DNA of 19,897 nucleotides from Promethearchaeota archaeon. GTDB lineage: Archaea > Asgardarchaeota > Lokiarchaeia > Sigyniarchaeales > SOKP01. The stretch is from contig JAHPZE010000049.1 of NCBI GenBank assembly GCA_019058365.1, forward strand, positions 1 through 19,897, given 5' to 3'. The notes under the pieces were generated by a model. It was not told where the DNA came from. It saw only the letters and a list, made by a program, of their open reading frames with translations, and ran no database searches. The translations under genes and the position numbers were made by a program. Shown piece by piece: positions 1 through 9,782 of this stretch. How positions within the stretch are numbered: position 1 is the first letter of the stretch; the number at the start of each line of letters is the position of its first letter.

Positions 1-680
1 ATAGAATAAATCATAGTTTATTAGGATTCATTCTTCAAAATCCTTTGGAACTGTTATATTTTTAATTTAAATAGTTCTGGGATTTTAAAAATATGATTTA
101 AATATTATGAAATTCTAAAAGCAGTCAATTATATATTATCTTGGCTTATTTGTAGTGCTGTTGATTGTAGAAATTATGATAGTGCTAAGATTTCTTATAC
201 CAAATTATGTAATGTTGTATTATATTATTAGTTAATTGGAGTTGGATCACGAAAACAAATTTTTAGTTTTTTTTATCATTACTGGAATGGTGCACCTGTG
301 TTTTTCTTTTTAAATATTTAAGAAGAGATTTGAAAAGAATAAGAGAAATCAAATTAGGTCTTATACATGCTGATTTTATTACTGAAATTATTTTTTCTCT
401 TTCAGAATTCGAAGTAGGTTTATTTCCAATAATTCAAAATTTGACTATATTTCATATTTTAGTTTTTTCTATATACCTAAGTATCCACAATTCTATTATT
501 TTGGCTTTTTCTTTATTTCATGATTTTAAAGGAAGTGTTCCCGCTTATGTTGGATTTATAATAATTTTTCTAATTGTTAAATATCAATCATAATTAAGAA
601 GGTTTTTCAAGTGGAATGCATTATAATCAATATGTTTTTGGATAGCTATAACATCAATAAATTTCCTTATTGATAAATAA
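1..680 (+). pseudogene. Probable degraded membrane-protein gene remnant (includes ORF 330..593)
   Basis: Hydrophobic segments occur in several + frames and are interrupted by stops, e.g. IIYYLGLFVVLLIVEIMIVLRFLIPNYVMLYYIIS*. The 330..593 frame continues past TAA as LRRFFKWNAL*SICFWIAITSINFLIDK*. No family motif recognised, and T-rich DNA can mimic this pattern. Confidence 0.3.
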
Positions 681-771
681 GGGTAAACAACTCTCCAATA
701 AAAGAAATTAATGAAAAATTTAATGAATATTCCATTTTTAACAAACTTCTTCTTTGTAAATATCACATTAG

Positions 772-2166
772 TTATAAAATTATTATATCCATATGATTAG
801 AGGCTTTTTTAAACATTTCATTTGTTAGTTTGCTATTTTTCTTTATAATATAAAAAAATACGCCCCAAATTAAAATCAGATAGTAAATACGGGGTATTAA
901 CATAAAAATTATTGAGATTAATACCATTAGTAATATCCAATTTGTTCCTTTTGAGTTATGATTTGATATTTTATTATTAAAATGAAAAGATATCCATAAA
1001 ACAATAAGAGAGACATAAAAAGTAAAATAATATTTATAGAGCCCTCTTGGAAAGAATAGATAGCTTAAAAATGTAGTGTACATAATTATATCGAGGAATT
1101 TTACCCAATTCAAGATGTTTTTATTAAACCAATATATAAGCATGCAAATCACAACAATTTCTAGGTTAATAATTCCTATATAGGTAAAATTTAGAAATCC
1201 AAAAAACCAAAATACTAGATAAGGAGCTTTTAAACTGTACAAAAAATCATACCAAAATATGGGAGAATTATAATGTGGGTAAGGAAAGTGAAAAGGTGGA
1301 AGAAAAGTTGGTGCTTGTATTCCAGGAGTTAATATTGAAATCAAATAATTACTAGGTGTTATTAAAATCCAAGGTAAAGACCCCAGAAATAAAATAGTAA
1401 TTAAGATTCCAAAATAGATAATAAACTTTTTTACGTAAAGGTAAAAAGACGCTTTTTCCTTATCAGTAAAAGACTTTAAAATAATATAAATCATAATTGG
1501 TGGAATAAAAAAGATAATTATTTGTTTAATGAGAATAGTTATTGCCAAAAATATAATTGATAAACTAAATCGATTAGTTGAGATAAAGTAAAGGCTTAAA
1601 ACAAAAAAAAATGTCATTAAAGAGGTATTTAAAGCCAAACCCCCACTATAGAAAATATATAATGGATTCACTGCAGTGGCAATAAAACCCCATTCTGCAA
1701 CTTTTTGAGTAAAATTATTACTTAAAAATTTATATATTACTATTGGTAATAAAACGTTAGTTAAAAGTAATGGAAGAAAAACTAATTCAATACTAATAAA
1801 TGATGGAAGAATTAAAATGTAAAAGAAAAAAGGAGGATATATGAAATTTAGGAATAATTCCTTATTTTCAATGAACCAAAAATGATACCATTCTGCATCT
1901 GGAACGTTAATTCTTAAAATATCCATGTATGGTAGCCAATCTTCGTATAAAGTTTGTCTAGCAAACGTTTGATACCATACTTTATAATCTGAATATGGTT
2001 CTATCGTTTGTGTTAAAAAAGTAAACCAAGGTTCATCAATCGGTTTTTGAGATATCCAATTCGAAAGTTGGATTATTACAAAAATAGTAATCTGAATACA
2101 CACTGAAATTATTAAGACAAAAATCAGTTTTTTTTTGGATTTTAAATCTTTCCACTTTAATTCCAT
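772..2166 (-). CDS. Multi-pass GT-C fold glycosyltransferase (GT87/DUF2029/PIG-M-like), 464 aa
   Basis: N-terminal TM followed by a loop with an acidic SDY motif, then YPP (FIYPPFFFY), NP (AVNPLYIFYSG) and a Lys after a TM (ITILIKQ); many TM helices. Confidence 0.75.
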   Translation of the reverse strand: MELKWKDLKSKKKLIFVLIISVCIQITIFVIIQLSNWISQKPIDEPWFTFLTQTIEPYSDYKVWYQTFARQTLYEDWLPYMDILRINVPDAEWYHFWFIENKELFLNFIYPPFFFYILILPSFISIELVFLPLLLTNVLLPIVIYKFLSNNFTQKVAEWGFIATAVNPLYIFYSGGLALNTSLMTFFFVLSLYFISTNRFSLSIIFLAITILIKQIIIFFIPPIMIYIILKSFTDKEKASFYLYVKKFIIYFGILITILFLGSLPWILITPSNYLISILTPGIQAPTFLPPFHFPYPHYNSPIFWYDFLYSLKAPYLVFWFFGFLNFTYIGIINLEIVVICMLIYWFNKNILNWVKFLDIIMYTTFLSYLFFPRGLYKYYFTFYVSLIVLWISFHFNNKISNHNSKGTNWILLMVLISIIFMLIPRIYYLILIWGVFFYIIKKNSKLTNEMFKKASNHMDIIIL

Positions 2167-2265
2167 GAGTCATTTGTTGTCTCTTTTTTAAAGATCCAAT
2201 TTAATTATCATTAGTTTATAATTAAATTAAATTTTTAAACTATCATTTAATTTACTTAATTCTAT

Positions 2266-3516
2266 TTACGAAAATATGAATTCTTGTTCTTCCACATAAA
2301 AAGAACTAGGGTGACAATTAACATATAAGTAAAGAAAGAGAATGGGATAATATATTGTAAATAATGAATAGTACCATGGAAAAAATGTCACACTATAATA
2401 GAAATTGAAGACATTTAACCAACTTATTCCAAAAGTAAGATAATATATTAACTTTAACTTCAATTTATCCTCAGGAGATCTTGTTTTCATAACTATAAAT
2501 AGAATTAAAGGAAGTAGGTAAAGAATAGAGTGATTCCATATATCGATATAACTAATAAAAGATATTAAAAGTGAAAGTGCTAAATAATAAATTAAATCAT
2601 TTCTTTTGGTCAAAAAATGATAATAAAGAATTGAAAATAAAAGTCCACATATTATTAAAAATAAAATTTCAGCAGGAATATTGAAAATTCTTGAGAGAAA
2701 TGTGGTCAAACTATCTGATAAAATATTAAATATGTATATGTGATGGAAATTGTTTTGAATAAATCCAAAAAGTAATGAGGGGTATATCACAAAAAATATT
2801 ATATTTAACCATAACATAACAAAACTCGGTAGAATTCTGATAAATGAAGATGTTTTAATCTGTATTTGAGACTTATTAATTTTTACATCAATTAGAAAAG
2901 GTAACACGATTAAAACTGTGGGTTTAAGCATTATTGCTATAGATATAAAAATTCCACCAATTAGATTGTTACGAAATTCATTTTTTTTCTTTTTAAAATA
3001 ATAATATCCTAATAAAACTGATAACATAACAGTAATTGAAGTTTGAATTTGAAGGTATAATATAATGTTGTATGGTACTAAAATTATAAACCCAATACAA
3101 TAGAATAACCATATATATTCTTTATCATTATGATTGAAATAATCTTTGGCGATTTTAAGAACTAATAAATATGCAAGTACAGATTGAATGTAAATTAGAA
3201 ATAATCCAAGTATATAAGAGGCTTCATACGGAAACAGTCCGTATATAAAATGAAATAAAGGTGATAGAGGAAAATAACGATATGGCATTACAAATCCCGG
3301 ATTATTATATAAAGATGCGATATCTTTAAAAACTAATTGAGAAGAGTAATAGTAAGCTTGAAAATCATTAGGCATAAAAAGATTAGGCATAATTCCATTA
3401 TATTTCATAAATAATATAAGAATTGGATAACAAAGAGGTACGAAAATAAAAATGTAAAAAGTTATTTTTTTATTAGGTGGTATTATTCCTAATCTCGAAA
3501 ATAAATCTTTTTTCAT
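2266..3516 (-). CDS. Multi-pass GT-C fold glycosyltransferase (GT87/DUF2029-like), 416 aa
   Basis: DFQAYY after TM1, YRYFP, AIMLKP and WNH motifs, typical of GT87-like mannosyltransferases; polytopic. Confidence 0.8.
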   Translation of the reverse strand: MKKDLFSRLGIIPPNKKITFYIFIFVPLCYPILILFMKYNGIMPNLFMPNDFQAYYYSSQLVFKDIASLYNNPGFVMPYRYFPLSPLFHFIYGLFPYEASYILGLFLIYIQSVLAYLLVLKIAKDYFNHNDKEYIWLFYCIGFIILVPYNIILYLQIQTSITVMLSVLLGYYYFKKKKNEFRNNLIGGIFISIAIMLKPTVLIVLPFLIDVKINKSQIQIKTSSFIRILPSFVMLWLNIIFFVIYPSLLFGFIQNNFHHIYIFNILSDSLTTFLSRIFNIPAEILFLIICGLLFSILYYHFLTKRNDLIYYLALSLLISFISYIDIWNHSILYLLPLILFIVMKTRSPEDKLKLKLIYYLTFGISWLNVFNFYYSVTFFPWYYSLFTIYYPILFLYLYVNCHPSSFYVEEQEFIFS

Positions 3517-3628
3517 AACTATATTAGTAATAAATGGAATTCTAAATAATTTTTTTTAATATATTATAAACAAAATTTCAAGTTTTTAATTCATTCAATT
3601 TTCTGTTATTTTATTTTAAATCTGATTA

Positions 3629-4840
3629 TCAATCATGAAAGAATTTAACAAGATATAATAATTCAAATAGAATTCCTATAGTACTAACGATAAATGGTGC
3701 GATATAATGCACATTTTGCACGATCAAGCCCCCTAAAATACCAGTAGGAATAATTCCAATGCCTCTGAAGAATGAGACTATTCCATAAGATTCAGTTTTC
3801 TGAGATTCACCTAAACTGGTTAGAATTACTTGCTCTGCGGGTATGAATGTGCAAACTGATAAAGCAAATAGAACATATCCAATACTTAACGTTATAATTA
3901 ATGTATTTCGAATATAATTCATCCAAAGAATGACAGATAATATATTCATGAAGAAGAATCCAAATCCAAAAAATTGACTTAAGATTAATGTTTTTTTGTT
4001 GCCAATCTTATCCGTAATATGTCCCGCAGGAATTTGGAATATAGCATTTGCTATATTAAACCACAATACAATAAAGGCAATATTTTCTTTAGTGAGGTTA
4101 TAATAATCGTTTAATCCTCCAGAATATATTGAAAGAGCTATACTATATACAAACAGGTCTAATGTGAAGAAAATTAAGATTGACCTTAATGTTTTTGTTT
4201 TGAAAATTTTAACCCACATATTTTCTTTTTTGTTGTTTTTATTTATCAGTATTTTATGTTTAGGGTGGATTTGAGGACTAAGAAAAAATGTGAAGAATAT
4301 CCCTTCAATAATTAATATTATAATAAAGACCATCAAATAAAATCTAGAATTGAGTCCTTGCCCAAGAATTATGAAAATTGATCCTGCAATAGTTCCACCA
4401 AAATAAGAAAAAAACATAAATCCAAAAATTCTACCCTTAGATTCATTACAATTTTCGGCAATTAAAAATTGAGTGTTTACGTTATTCATAATAAAACCTA
4501 AAAAAAAAAAGATTATTCCAAAAACAATAAAATATAAACTATTTGAGTATGCATTTATCAAAAATAAAAGCCCTATAATATATACGGGGATACTTAAAAT
4601 AAGGATATATTGACGATTAAACTTATCAGACAATTTTCCTATTAATGGCATAGGTATAAATTGCATCATTGTTCCAATTGAAACAAATAATCCTGTTAAT
4701 ACAATAGAATTTGTAAGTTCTAATAAAAAAGGTTGATAGATAATCATAAACATCCCTGTACCAAGTCCATGAATTAATCTAACAATTGCTAAGGCTACCA
4801 GATTTCTTCGTCTAGTCTTATCTAAATTATCAAGTCCCAT
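3629..4840 (-). CDS. Major facilitator superfamily transporter, 403 aa
   Basis: About 12 TM segments; MFS motif A in both halves (GKLSDKFNR and GHITDKIGNKK). Confidence 0.9.
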   Translation of the reverse strand: MGLDNLDKTRRRNLVALAIVRLIHGLGTGMFMIIYQPFLLELTNSIVLTGLFVSIGTMMQFIPMPLIGKLSDKFNRQYILILSIPVYIIGLLFLINAYSNSLYFIVFGIIFFFLGFIMNNVNTQFLIAENCNESKGRIFGFMFFSYFGGTIAGSIFIILGQGLNSRFYLMVFIIILIIEGIFFTFFLSPQIHPKHKILINKNNKKENMWVKIFKTKTLRSILIFFTLDLFVYSIALSIYSGGLNDYYNLTKENIAFIVLWFNIANAIFQIPAGHITDKIGNKKTLILSQFFGFGFFFMNILSVILWMNYIRNTLIITLSIGYVLFALSVCTFIPAEQVILTSLGESQKTESYGIVSFFRGIGIIPTGILGGLIVQNVHYIAPFIVSTIGILFELLYLVKFFHD

Positions 4841-4969
4841 TGATTTTCAAACAAAGATAATTTTATTTTCAATATGATAAATGAAAAATATGTAATTGAA
4901 CAATAATATTTTGATTTTGCAAAATTAGAAAGAGGCATTCAATAAATTAGACAAAAAAATGAAAAATTA

Positions 4970-5338
4970 CTAACGTTTCTTTTTTTTCATTTTTTTTAGA
5001 TTATATATAGCGATTTTGTATCTTTTATGTTTATTTGCTCTCACTACTAAACCTTTACAGGGGAAATCTTGGCATTAATAACAAAATTCTAACTTTTTAT
5101 CATTTACACAACAATTTCTTATCCAGCACTCCTTTGTCCAACAATCAGCAATTTCACCTCTACATGTACTACAATGAAAATCTCCTAGCTTTACATTATC
5201 CCACATAATATTAAAAGTTCTAACCAATTTATTAACAGGTCCAGGATTATAAGAGGCTAAATAGATCTTACATTGAGTACAATCTAACCCACAAACAGAA
5301 ATTATTTTTTTAAAACTTACGGTTTTTATCTTGCTCAT
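4970..5338 (-). pseudogene. DUF3795-like Cys-rich protein interrupted by an in-frame TAA at 5075..5077
   Basis: Reads CGLDCTQC...CSTCR...CWTKECWIRNCC...FCY*CQDFPCKGL. The family C-terminal FCxxCxxFPC motif continues in frame across the stop to TAG at 4970..4972 (122 codons before the final stop). Confidence 0.8.
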
Positions 5339-5487
5339 GATCGTTGATAATCATTTCTTTTCAAAAAAATTTGATTGCTTTCTGCTTACCTTGTCAAGAT
5401 AATTAATTATATTTTAATCTTTTATTAAGAATGAAAATTAAATGAAGAAATAAAACATGAATATCATGAAATTCATTTATATCCATT

Positions 5488-6030
5488 TTAATATTCAATA
5501 CCATATCTAGCGGTTATTCCTTGAGAAGAATAGTAATGTTTTATCATTCTCATTTCAGTCACTAGATCAGCCATCTCTTTAATCTTAGGATGCATTTTTG
5601 GTCCACCTGTAAGAATTAATTCTACTAATTTTGGTTTCTTTGTTATAAGATCTAAAACAGGTTCTACAGGTATTACATTCATCGATATAGCAACTCCAAC
5701 TTCATCAAGAATGACAATATCATATTCATCACTCATGATAACCTCTTCAGCAAAGGTGAGCGCTTTCTTTCCTTCACTTTTATCAAATTCTCCCGGCTCA
5801 GCAATTAGATCGGGACTACCAAATTGTTTTAATTCAAAATTAGATACATTTTTTATAGCTTCAATTTCACCATATTTGTAATTGCCTTTCATAAATTGAA
5901 TCATATATACTCTGAATCCATGCCCTGTAGCGCGCACGCCTTGTCCAATTGCTGCTGTAGTTTTACCCTTACCGCGCCCAAAATATACTTGAACCAAACC
6001 CTGTTTTAATCTTTTTCTAGGTGTAGTCAT
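5488..6030 (-). CDS. cobO: ATP:cob(I)alamin/cob(I)yrinic acid a,c-diamide adenosyltransferase (CobA/CobO/BtuR family), 180 aa
   Basis: Short P-loop GxGKGKTTAAxG, IQFMKG, GE, ILDE, ADLVTEM, KH and terminal GIEY. Confidence 0.92.
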   Translation of the reverse strand: MTTPRKRLKQGLVQVYFGRGKGKTTAAIGQGVRATGHGFRVYMIQFMKGNYKYGEIEAIKNVSNFELKQFGSPDLIAEPGEFDKSEGKKALTFAEEVIMSDEYDIVILDEVGVAISMNVIPVEPVLDLITKKPKLVELILTGGPKMHPKIKEMADLVTEMRMIKHYYSSQGITARYGIEY

Positions 6031-6111
6031 TGTTTTTCAATCTATTAATTTATTATATTTTGAAATACTCTATTATTTAATTAGTTTTTAATGCTAGATA
6101 GGTTTTATTTT

Positions 6112-6879
6112 ATGGGCAAATATGAGATTTTAAATAATCAATTGAATAAATATTTGAGACTAGCTACATTTCCAATCGGAGTAAAATTACTTCAAAACTC
6201 TGAAGATTTAGAAACTATCAAGTTTTTAAAAAAACCTGAACATAAAATTGCACTCTGTCAAATATTTAGTTATGCTAGATATTATGGCTGGACAATGGGA
6301 TGTACAAAAGATGATAATTTGTGTCCTTTGGCGGGAATTTCTATAGGCTTTGAAGAATCATATAAACTCTTTGAAGAAGGAGCATTTTTTATAGGAAGAT
6401 ATAATGAAACCAAAGAAGGAGCTAAAAAGACGACTGCTTCGATGCCTAAAATTCCCTATAGAAAATATTCTGCTATAGTTTCCGGAGCTTTGGAACGTAT
6501 AGATTTTGAACCTGATTTAATTTTGATCTGGGGAAATTCCGCTCAAATCATGCGAATCATTCAAGGATATTTATGGAAAAGAGGAGGAAGAGTCTCAATG
6601 TCAACTTTTTGCGACGGAGTCTGTGCTGACACTATTTCAAATGCAATTAATACTGGAGAGTTACAGGTAGCATTTCCTTGTTTAGGGGATCGGCGTTTTG
6701 GCATGGCATTAGATACTGATTTAATTACCTCTATACCATTTGGAATTATTAATGAAATAATAGAAGGTATTGAAAAAACTCATAAAGCAGGTACAAGGTA
6801 TCCAATACCTTTTCAATTATCTGCGCCTGAATTTTTTATAAAATTAAAAAAACAATTAGATAAAGCAAAAAAAAACTAA
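6112..6879 (+). CDS. DUF169 family (COG2043-like) Cys-containing protein
   Basis: PIGVK, LCQ...ARYYG, LCPLA, PDLILIWGNSAQIMRI, GVCAD and PCLGDR motifs. ATG 6112 (preceded by AGGT) is preferred over ORF-track start 6091. Confidence 0.85.
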   Translation: MGKYEILNNQLNKYLRLATFPIGVKLLQNSEDLETIKFLKKPEHKIALCQIFSYARYYGWTMGCTKDDNLCPLAGISIGFEESYKLFEEGAFFIGRYNETKEGAKKTTASMPKIPYRKYSAIVSGALERIDFEPDLILIWGNSAQIMRIIQGYLWKRGGRVSMSTFCDGVCADTISNAINTGELQVAFPCLGDRRFGMALDTDLITSIPFGIINEIIEGIEKTHKAGTRYPIPFQLSAPEFFIKLKKQLDKAKKN

Positions 6880-7039
6880 TCCAAGATCAACAATTAGTTT
6901 TTAGCAGTAAAAAGAATTACAGTATTATGTTTGTAAACTCGAACGCTTTAATTGAAATAAAAATGATCTCGATGGGTTGTTTTCTTTAAATCATTCAAAA
7001 GTTTAAAAAAAAAGATTTTTAATAATTTTTTCACGTATT

Positions 7040-7474
7040 TTATTTTTTACTTTTATATAATCCAATTATTTCAGCAGATATTATGTTGTGATCTTCCATT
7101 TCTTCGTAGAAATTCTTCTTATTGACACCTTTTAATTTATCAACATCTAATGCATAAATCTTGAAGACATATCTGTGTGTGCCACTAGGGGGTGCTGGAC
7201 CACCATAACCAGTTTTTCCAAAATCATTTTGTAGCTGATCGCCTGGAATTGGACCTCCTTGAGGGATTTCAGATACTTTTTTTGGAATATTCACAACAAG
7301 CCAATGAATCCAATCACCTGCTGGAGCATCAGGGTCATTACATGAAATAGCAAAACTCTTAGCATTTAGAGGAGCTTTCTCCCATTTCAGATGAGGAGAT
7401 TTATTCCCTTCTCGCAATGAGAATTTTCTATCTAATAATTGATTATGTTTAAAATCATTACTTGATAATTTCAT
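7040..7474 (-). CDS. YbhB/YbcL family Raf-kinase-inhibitor-like (PEBP) protein, about 144 aa
   Basis: MKLSS start, GNKSPHLKW, DPDAP...WIHW and GYGGPAPPSGTHRYVFKIYALD. Start moved from TTG 7543 to ATG 7474 to match the family N-terminus. Confidence 0.92.
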   Translation of the reverse strand: MKLSSNDFKHNQLLDRKFSLREGNKSPHLKWEKAPLNAKSFAISCNDPDAPAGDWIHWLVVNIPKKVSEIPQGGPIPGDQLQNDFGKTGYGGPAPPSGTHRYVFKIYALDVDKLKGVNKKNFYEEMEDHNIISAEIIGLYKSKK

Positions 7475-7832
7475 GAGGATTATTAGGATTAATTTCATAT
7501 TTAAGTATTTGTTTCTATTAATGTAGATAATCAGGAAAAACAACTTACGCTATAAAATTGTATATATCGTACTTGAAAGTATAAAGCAATGAAAAATTAA
7601 TGATTTTCTTTATAATTTTTTTTTATAAAATTAAAAAGTATTTAAATATAACAATTAAAATTCATGATTAATCTCTTTTACTTTCTGTCTTATGTAATAA
7701 ATAGACAATTGCTAGAATTCTTATCTATTTACTTTTTTTAATTATTTAGGATTATATTAATTTTAATTCAATAAACAATTATAATTTTAAAGTATTGAGT
7801 TATAGCTATTTAAATAAATAAAGAGAGTTTTC

Positions 7833-8693
7833 ATGAGAATTAGTAAATTAATGTTATTAGAAGAGGCTATATCTACATATATACAAGATGGTGATCTAGT
7901 AGGAATAGGAGGGTTATCTTTCTGGAGAAAACCAATAAGTGCTTGTAGAGAAATAATTAAACAAAATAAAAAGGATCTATCTTTATGTACATTTGTTGGT
8001 GGTATTGAAGTGGATATGTTAATTGCTGGAGGATGTGTTTCAGAAGTACGTTCATGTTTTGTAGGGATGGAGATTTTTGGGATGGCTCCGCATTTCCGAA
8101 AAGCTGTAGAATCTGGTTCTATCAACATATCCGAAGAAAGTGAGGCTACTATTGCTTTAGGATTAAGAGCCTCATATTTAAAAGTTCCTTTTATGCCTCT
8201 AAAAGGTCTTATTGGAACCGATATGCCGAAAGTAAGGAATGATATTAAACAGATCGAAGATCCTCTTGGTTCTGGAACTCAGGTTATGGCTGTACCTAAG
8301 ATAGATTTAGATGTAGCAATTATTCATGTACCATATGCTGATGAATTTGGAAATGGAAATATTGCTGGAGCTGTATGGATGGATGCTGATATGGGAAAAA
8401 CAGCAAAAAAAACAATAATAACTTGCGAAAAATTAGTTGAAACGGAGGATATTCGCTATTTACCAGGGAAAGCCCAATTACCCCTTCAAACTACCAGCGC
8501 GGTTGTTAAAGTTCCTTTTGGAGCACATCCAACCTCGTGTTATCCTATATATACATTCGATCCGGGTCACATTCAATGCTATTTAAAAACTAATTTTGGA
8601 GAATATAAGGAAAAGTTCATAATAGGTAAAACAGCTACTCAATATTTTGAAGAGACTGGTGGAGTACAAACTATTTTTAATATATTGTTATAG
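7833..8693 (+). CDS. Family I CoA-transferase-fold alpha subunit (GctA/IpdA/AibA-like), 286 aa
   Basis: DGDLVGIGG..RKP, DMLIAGG, LRA...PFMP, DVAIIHV..ADEFGN and PFGAHPTSC motifs. Confidence 0.9.
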   Translation: MRISKLMLLEEAISTYIQDGDLVGIGGLSFWRKPISACREIIKQNKKDLSLCTFVGGIEVDMLIAGGCVSEVRSCFVGMEIFGMAPHFRKAVESGSINISEESEATIALGLRASYLKVPFMPLKGLIGTDMPKVRNDIKQIEDPLGSGTQVMAVPKIDLDVAIIHVPYADEFGNGNIAGAVWMDADMGKTAKKTIITCEKLVETEDIRYLPGKAQLPLQTTSAVVKVPFGAHPTSCYPIYTFDPGHIQCYLKTNFGEYKEKFIIGKTATQYFEETGGVQTIFNILL

Positions 8694-8697
8694 GAGG
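8693..8697 (+). promoter_or_regulatory. Shine-Dalgarno motif for the beta-subunit gene
   Basis: GGAGG lies 8 nt upstream of ATG 8706 and overlaps the alpha-subunit stop codon. Confidence 0.7.
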
Positions 8698-8705
8698 GCA
8701 AACTG

Positions 8706-9587
8706 ATGAGTGAATATTCAAAAGATTATACCATTGATGAAATGATGACTGTTTTAATGGCAAGAGAAGTCAGAAATGATGATGTAATGATTGTTGGTGT
8801 TGCAACTCCCATGGTATGGGCAGCTTTTACTTTAGCAAAAGTAACTCACGCTCCTGATGCTATATATCATTATATTATGGGGAATACATTTGTATTAGAA
8901 GCTCGTCAAGTATCACTACTCTATCTTGAAATGAATACAACAAGGGCATATCGATTTCAAGACAGTGTAGAATGTACATTAGAATCTCTTCCTTCAGATA
9001 AGTTAACTACCATAGAATTCTTTAGACCTGCTCAATTAGATCAATATGGGAATAGTAATAACATTTGCATAGGAGACTGGAATAAGCCAAAAATAAGACT
9101 CCCGGGAGCGGCAGGAATTCTTGACTTTAGCATGTTTTATGCTCGTGGTTCTTTTCTTTATACTCCTCGCCATGATAAAAGAACATTTGTTCCAACTGAA
9201 AAACTAGATTTTATTTCAGGTGTCGGTTTTTCTGATGGGAAGCAATCTATATGTGGTGGTGCTGGCCCTCAATGTGTAATCACCAATTTAGCTTACTTAA
9301 ATTTTGATGGAACAACTAAAAGAATGAGATTAAATTCTTATCATCCTGGGGTTGATGTTGAAGGTATTAAAGAATCAACAGGATTTGACCTGATCGTTCC
9401 AGAAGAAATAAAAGAAACGATACCTCCTACTAAGAAAGAAATTGAATTATTAAGAAAAAGAGTAGATCCGTTAAATATCAGAAAATTGGAAGTTTTTTCT
9501 GGCAGAGAACGAGAAGAACTATTAGATGATATAATTCAAAAAGAATTGGCAAAACAAAATAAATTTCCAGAATTACTTTGTAATTAA
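8706..9587 (+). CDS. Family I CoA-transferase-fold beta subunit (GctB/AibB-like) lacking the canonical catalytic Glu, 293 aa
   Basis: AKVTHAPD, AQLDQYGNSN, RLPGAAG, VITNLA, HPGV, TGFDL and VDP motifs. It lies 12 nt after the alpha subunit. Confidence 0.9.
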   Translation: MSEYSKDYTIDEMMTVLMAREVRNDDVMIVGVATPMVWAAFTLAKVTHAPDAIYHYIMGNTFVLEARQVSLLYLEMNTTRAYRFQDSVECTLESLPSDKLTTIEFFRPAQLDQYGNSNNICIGDWNKPKIRLPGAAGILDFSMFYARGSFLYTPRHDKRTFVPTEKLDFISGVGFSDGKQSICGGAGPQCVITNLAYLNFDGTTKRMRLNSYHPGVDVEGIKESTGFDLIVPEEIKETIPPTKKEIELLRKRVDPLNIRKLEVFSGREREELLDDIIQKELAKQNKFPELLCN

Positions 9588-9782
9588 TTTTAATATTTTT
9601 ATAATGTAGAGAAGAAAATAATGAGGAAATGACGATAATTTTATTCTAAAATGACTTTTGAGTAAATTATCGATTACACTTTTCGATTTAAGTTAATATA
9701 ATAGATTTTTTTCTATTATTTAAGTTAATTTTTGTAGTATTTATAGAAATAACTACCTTTATAAACAATAGTATTTATATAA

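Noticed and set aside
584-766. 60-aa minus-strand ORF just downstream of the GT-C gene, with a DYNAF resembling the GT87 DF.AY motif
   Set aside because: The minus strand beyond it is A-rich and non-hydrophobic, so there is no continuation as a third GT-C gene; likely spurious.
4500-4510. A11 homopolymer in the MFS gene as a phase-variation tract
   Set aside because: It encodes a Phe run in a TM helix, the frame is intact, and long A/T runs are common throughout the window.
5075-5077. Genetic-code reassignment of TAA
   Set aside because: Many intact genes in the window end at TAA exactly at their family C-terminus, e.g. cobO GIEY* and DUF2284 GIVLIV*.
7787-8128. 113-aa minus-strand ORF
   Set aside because: Antisense shadow of the CoA-transferase alpha subunit; no motif.
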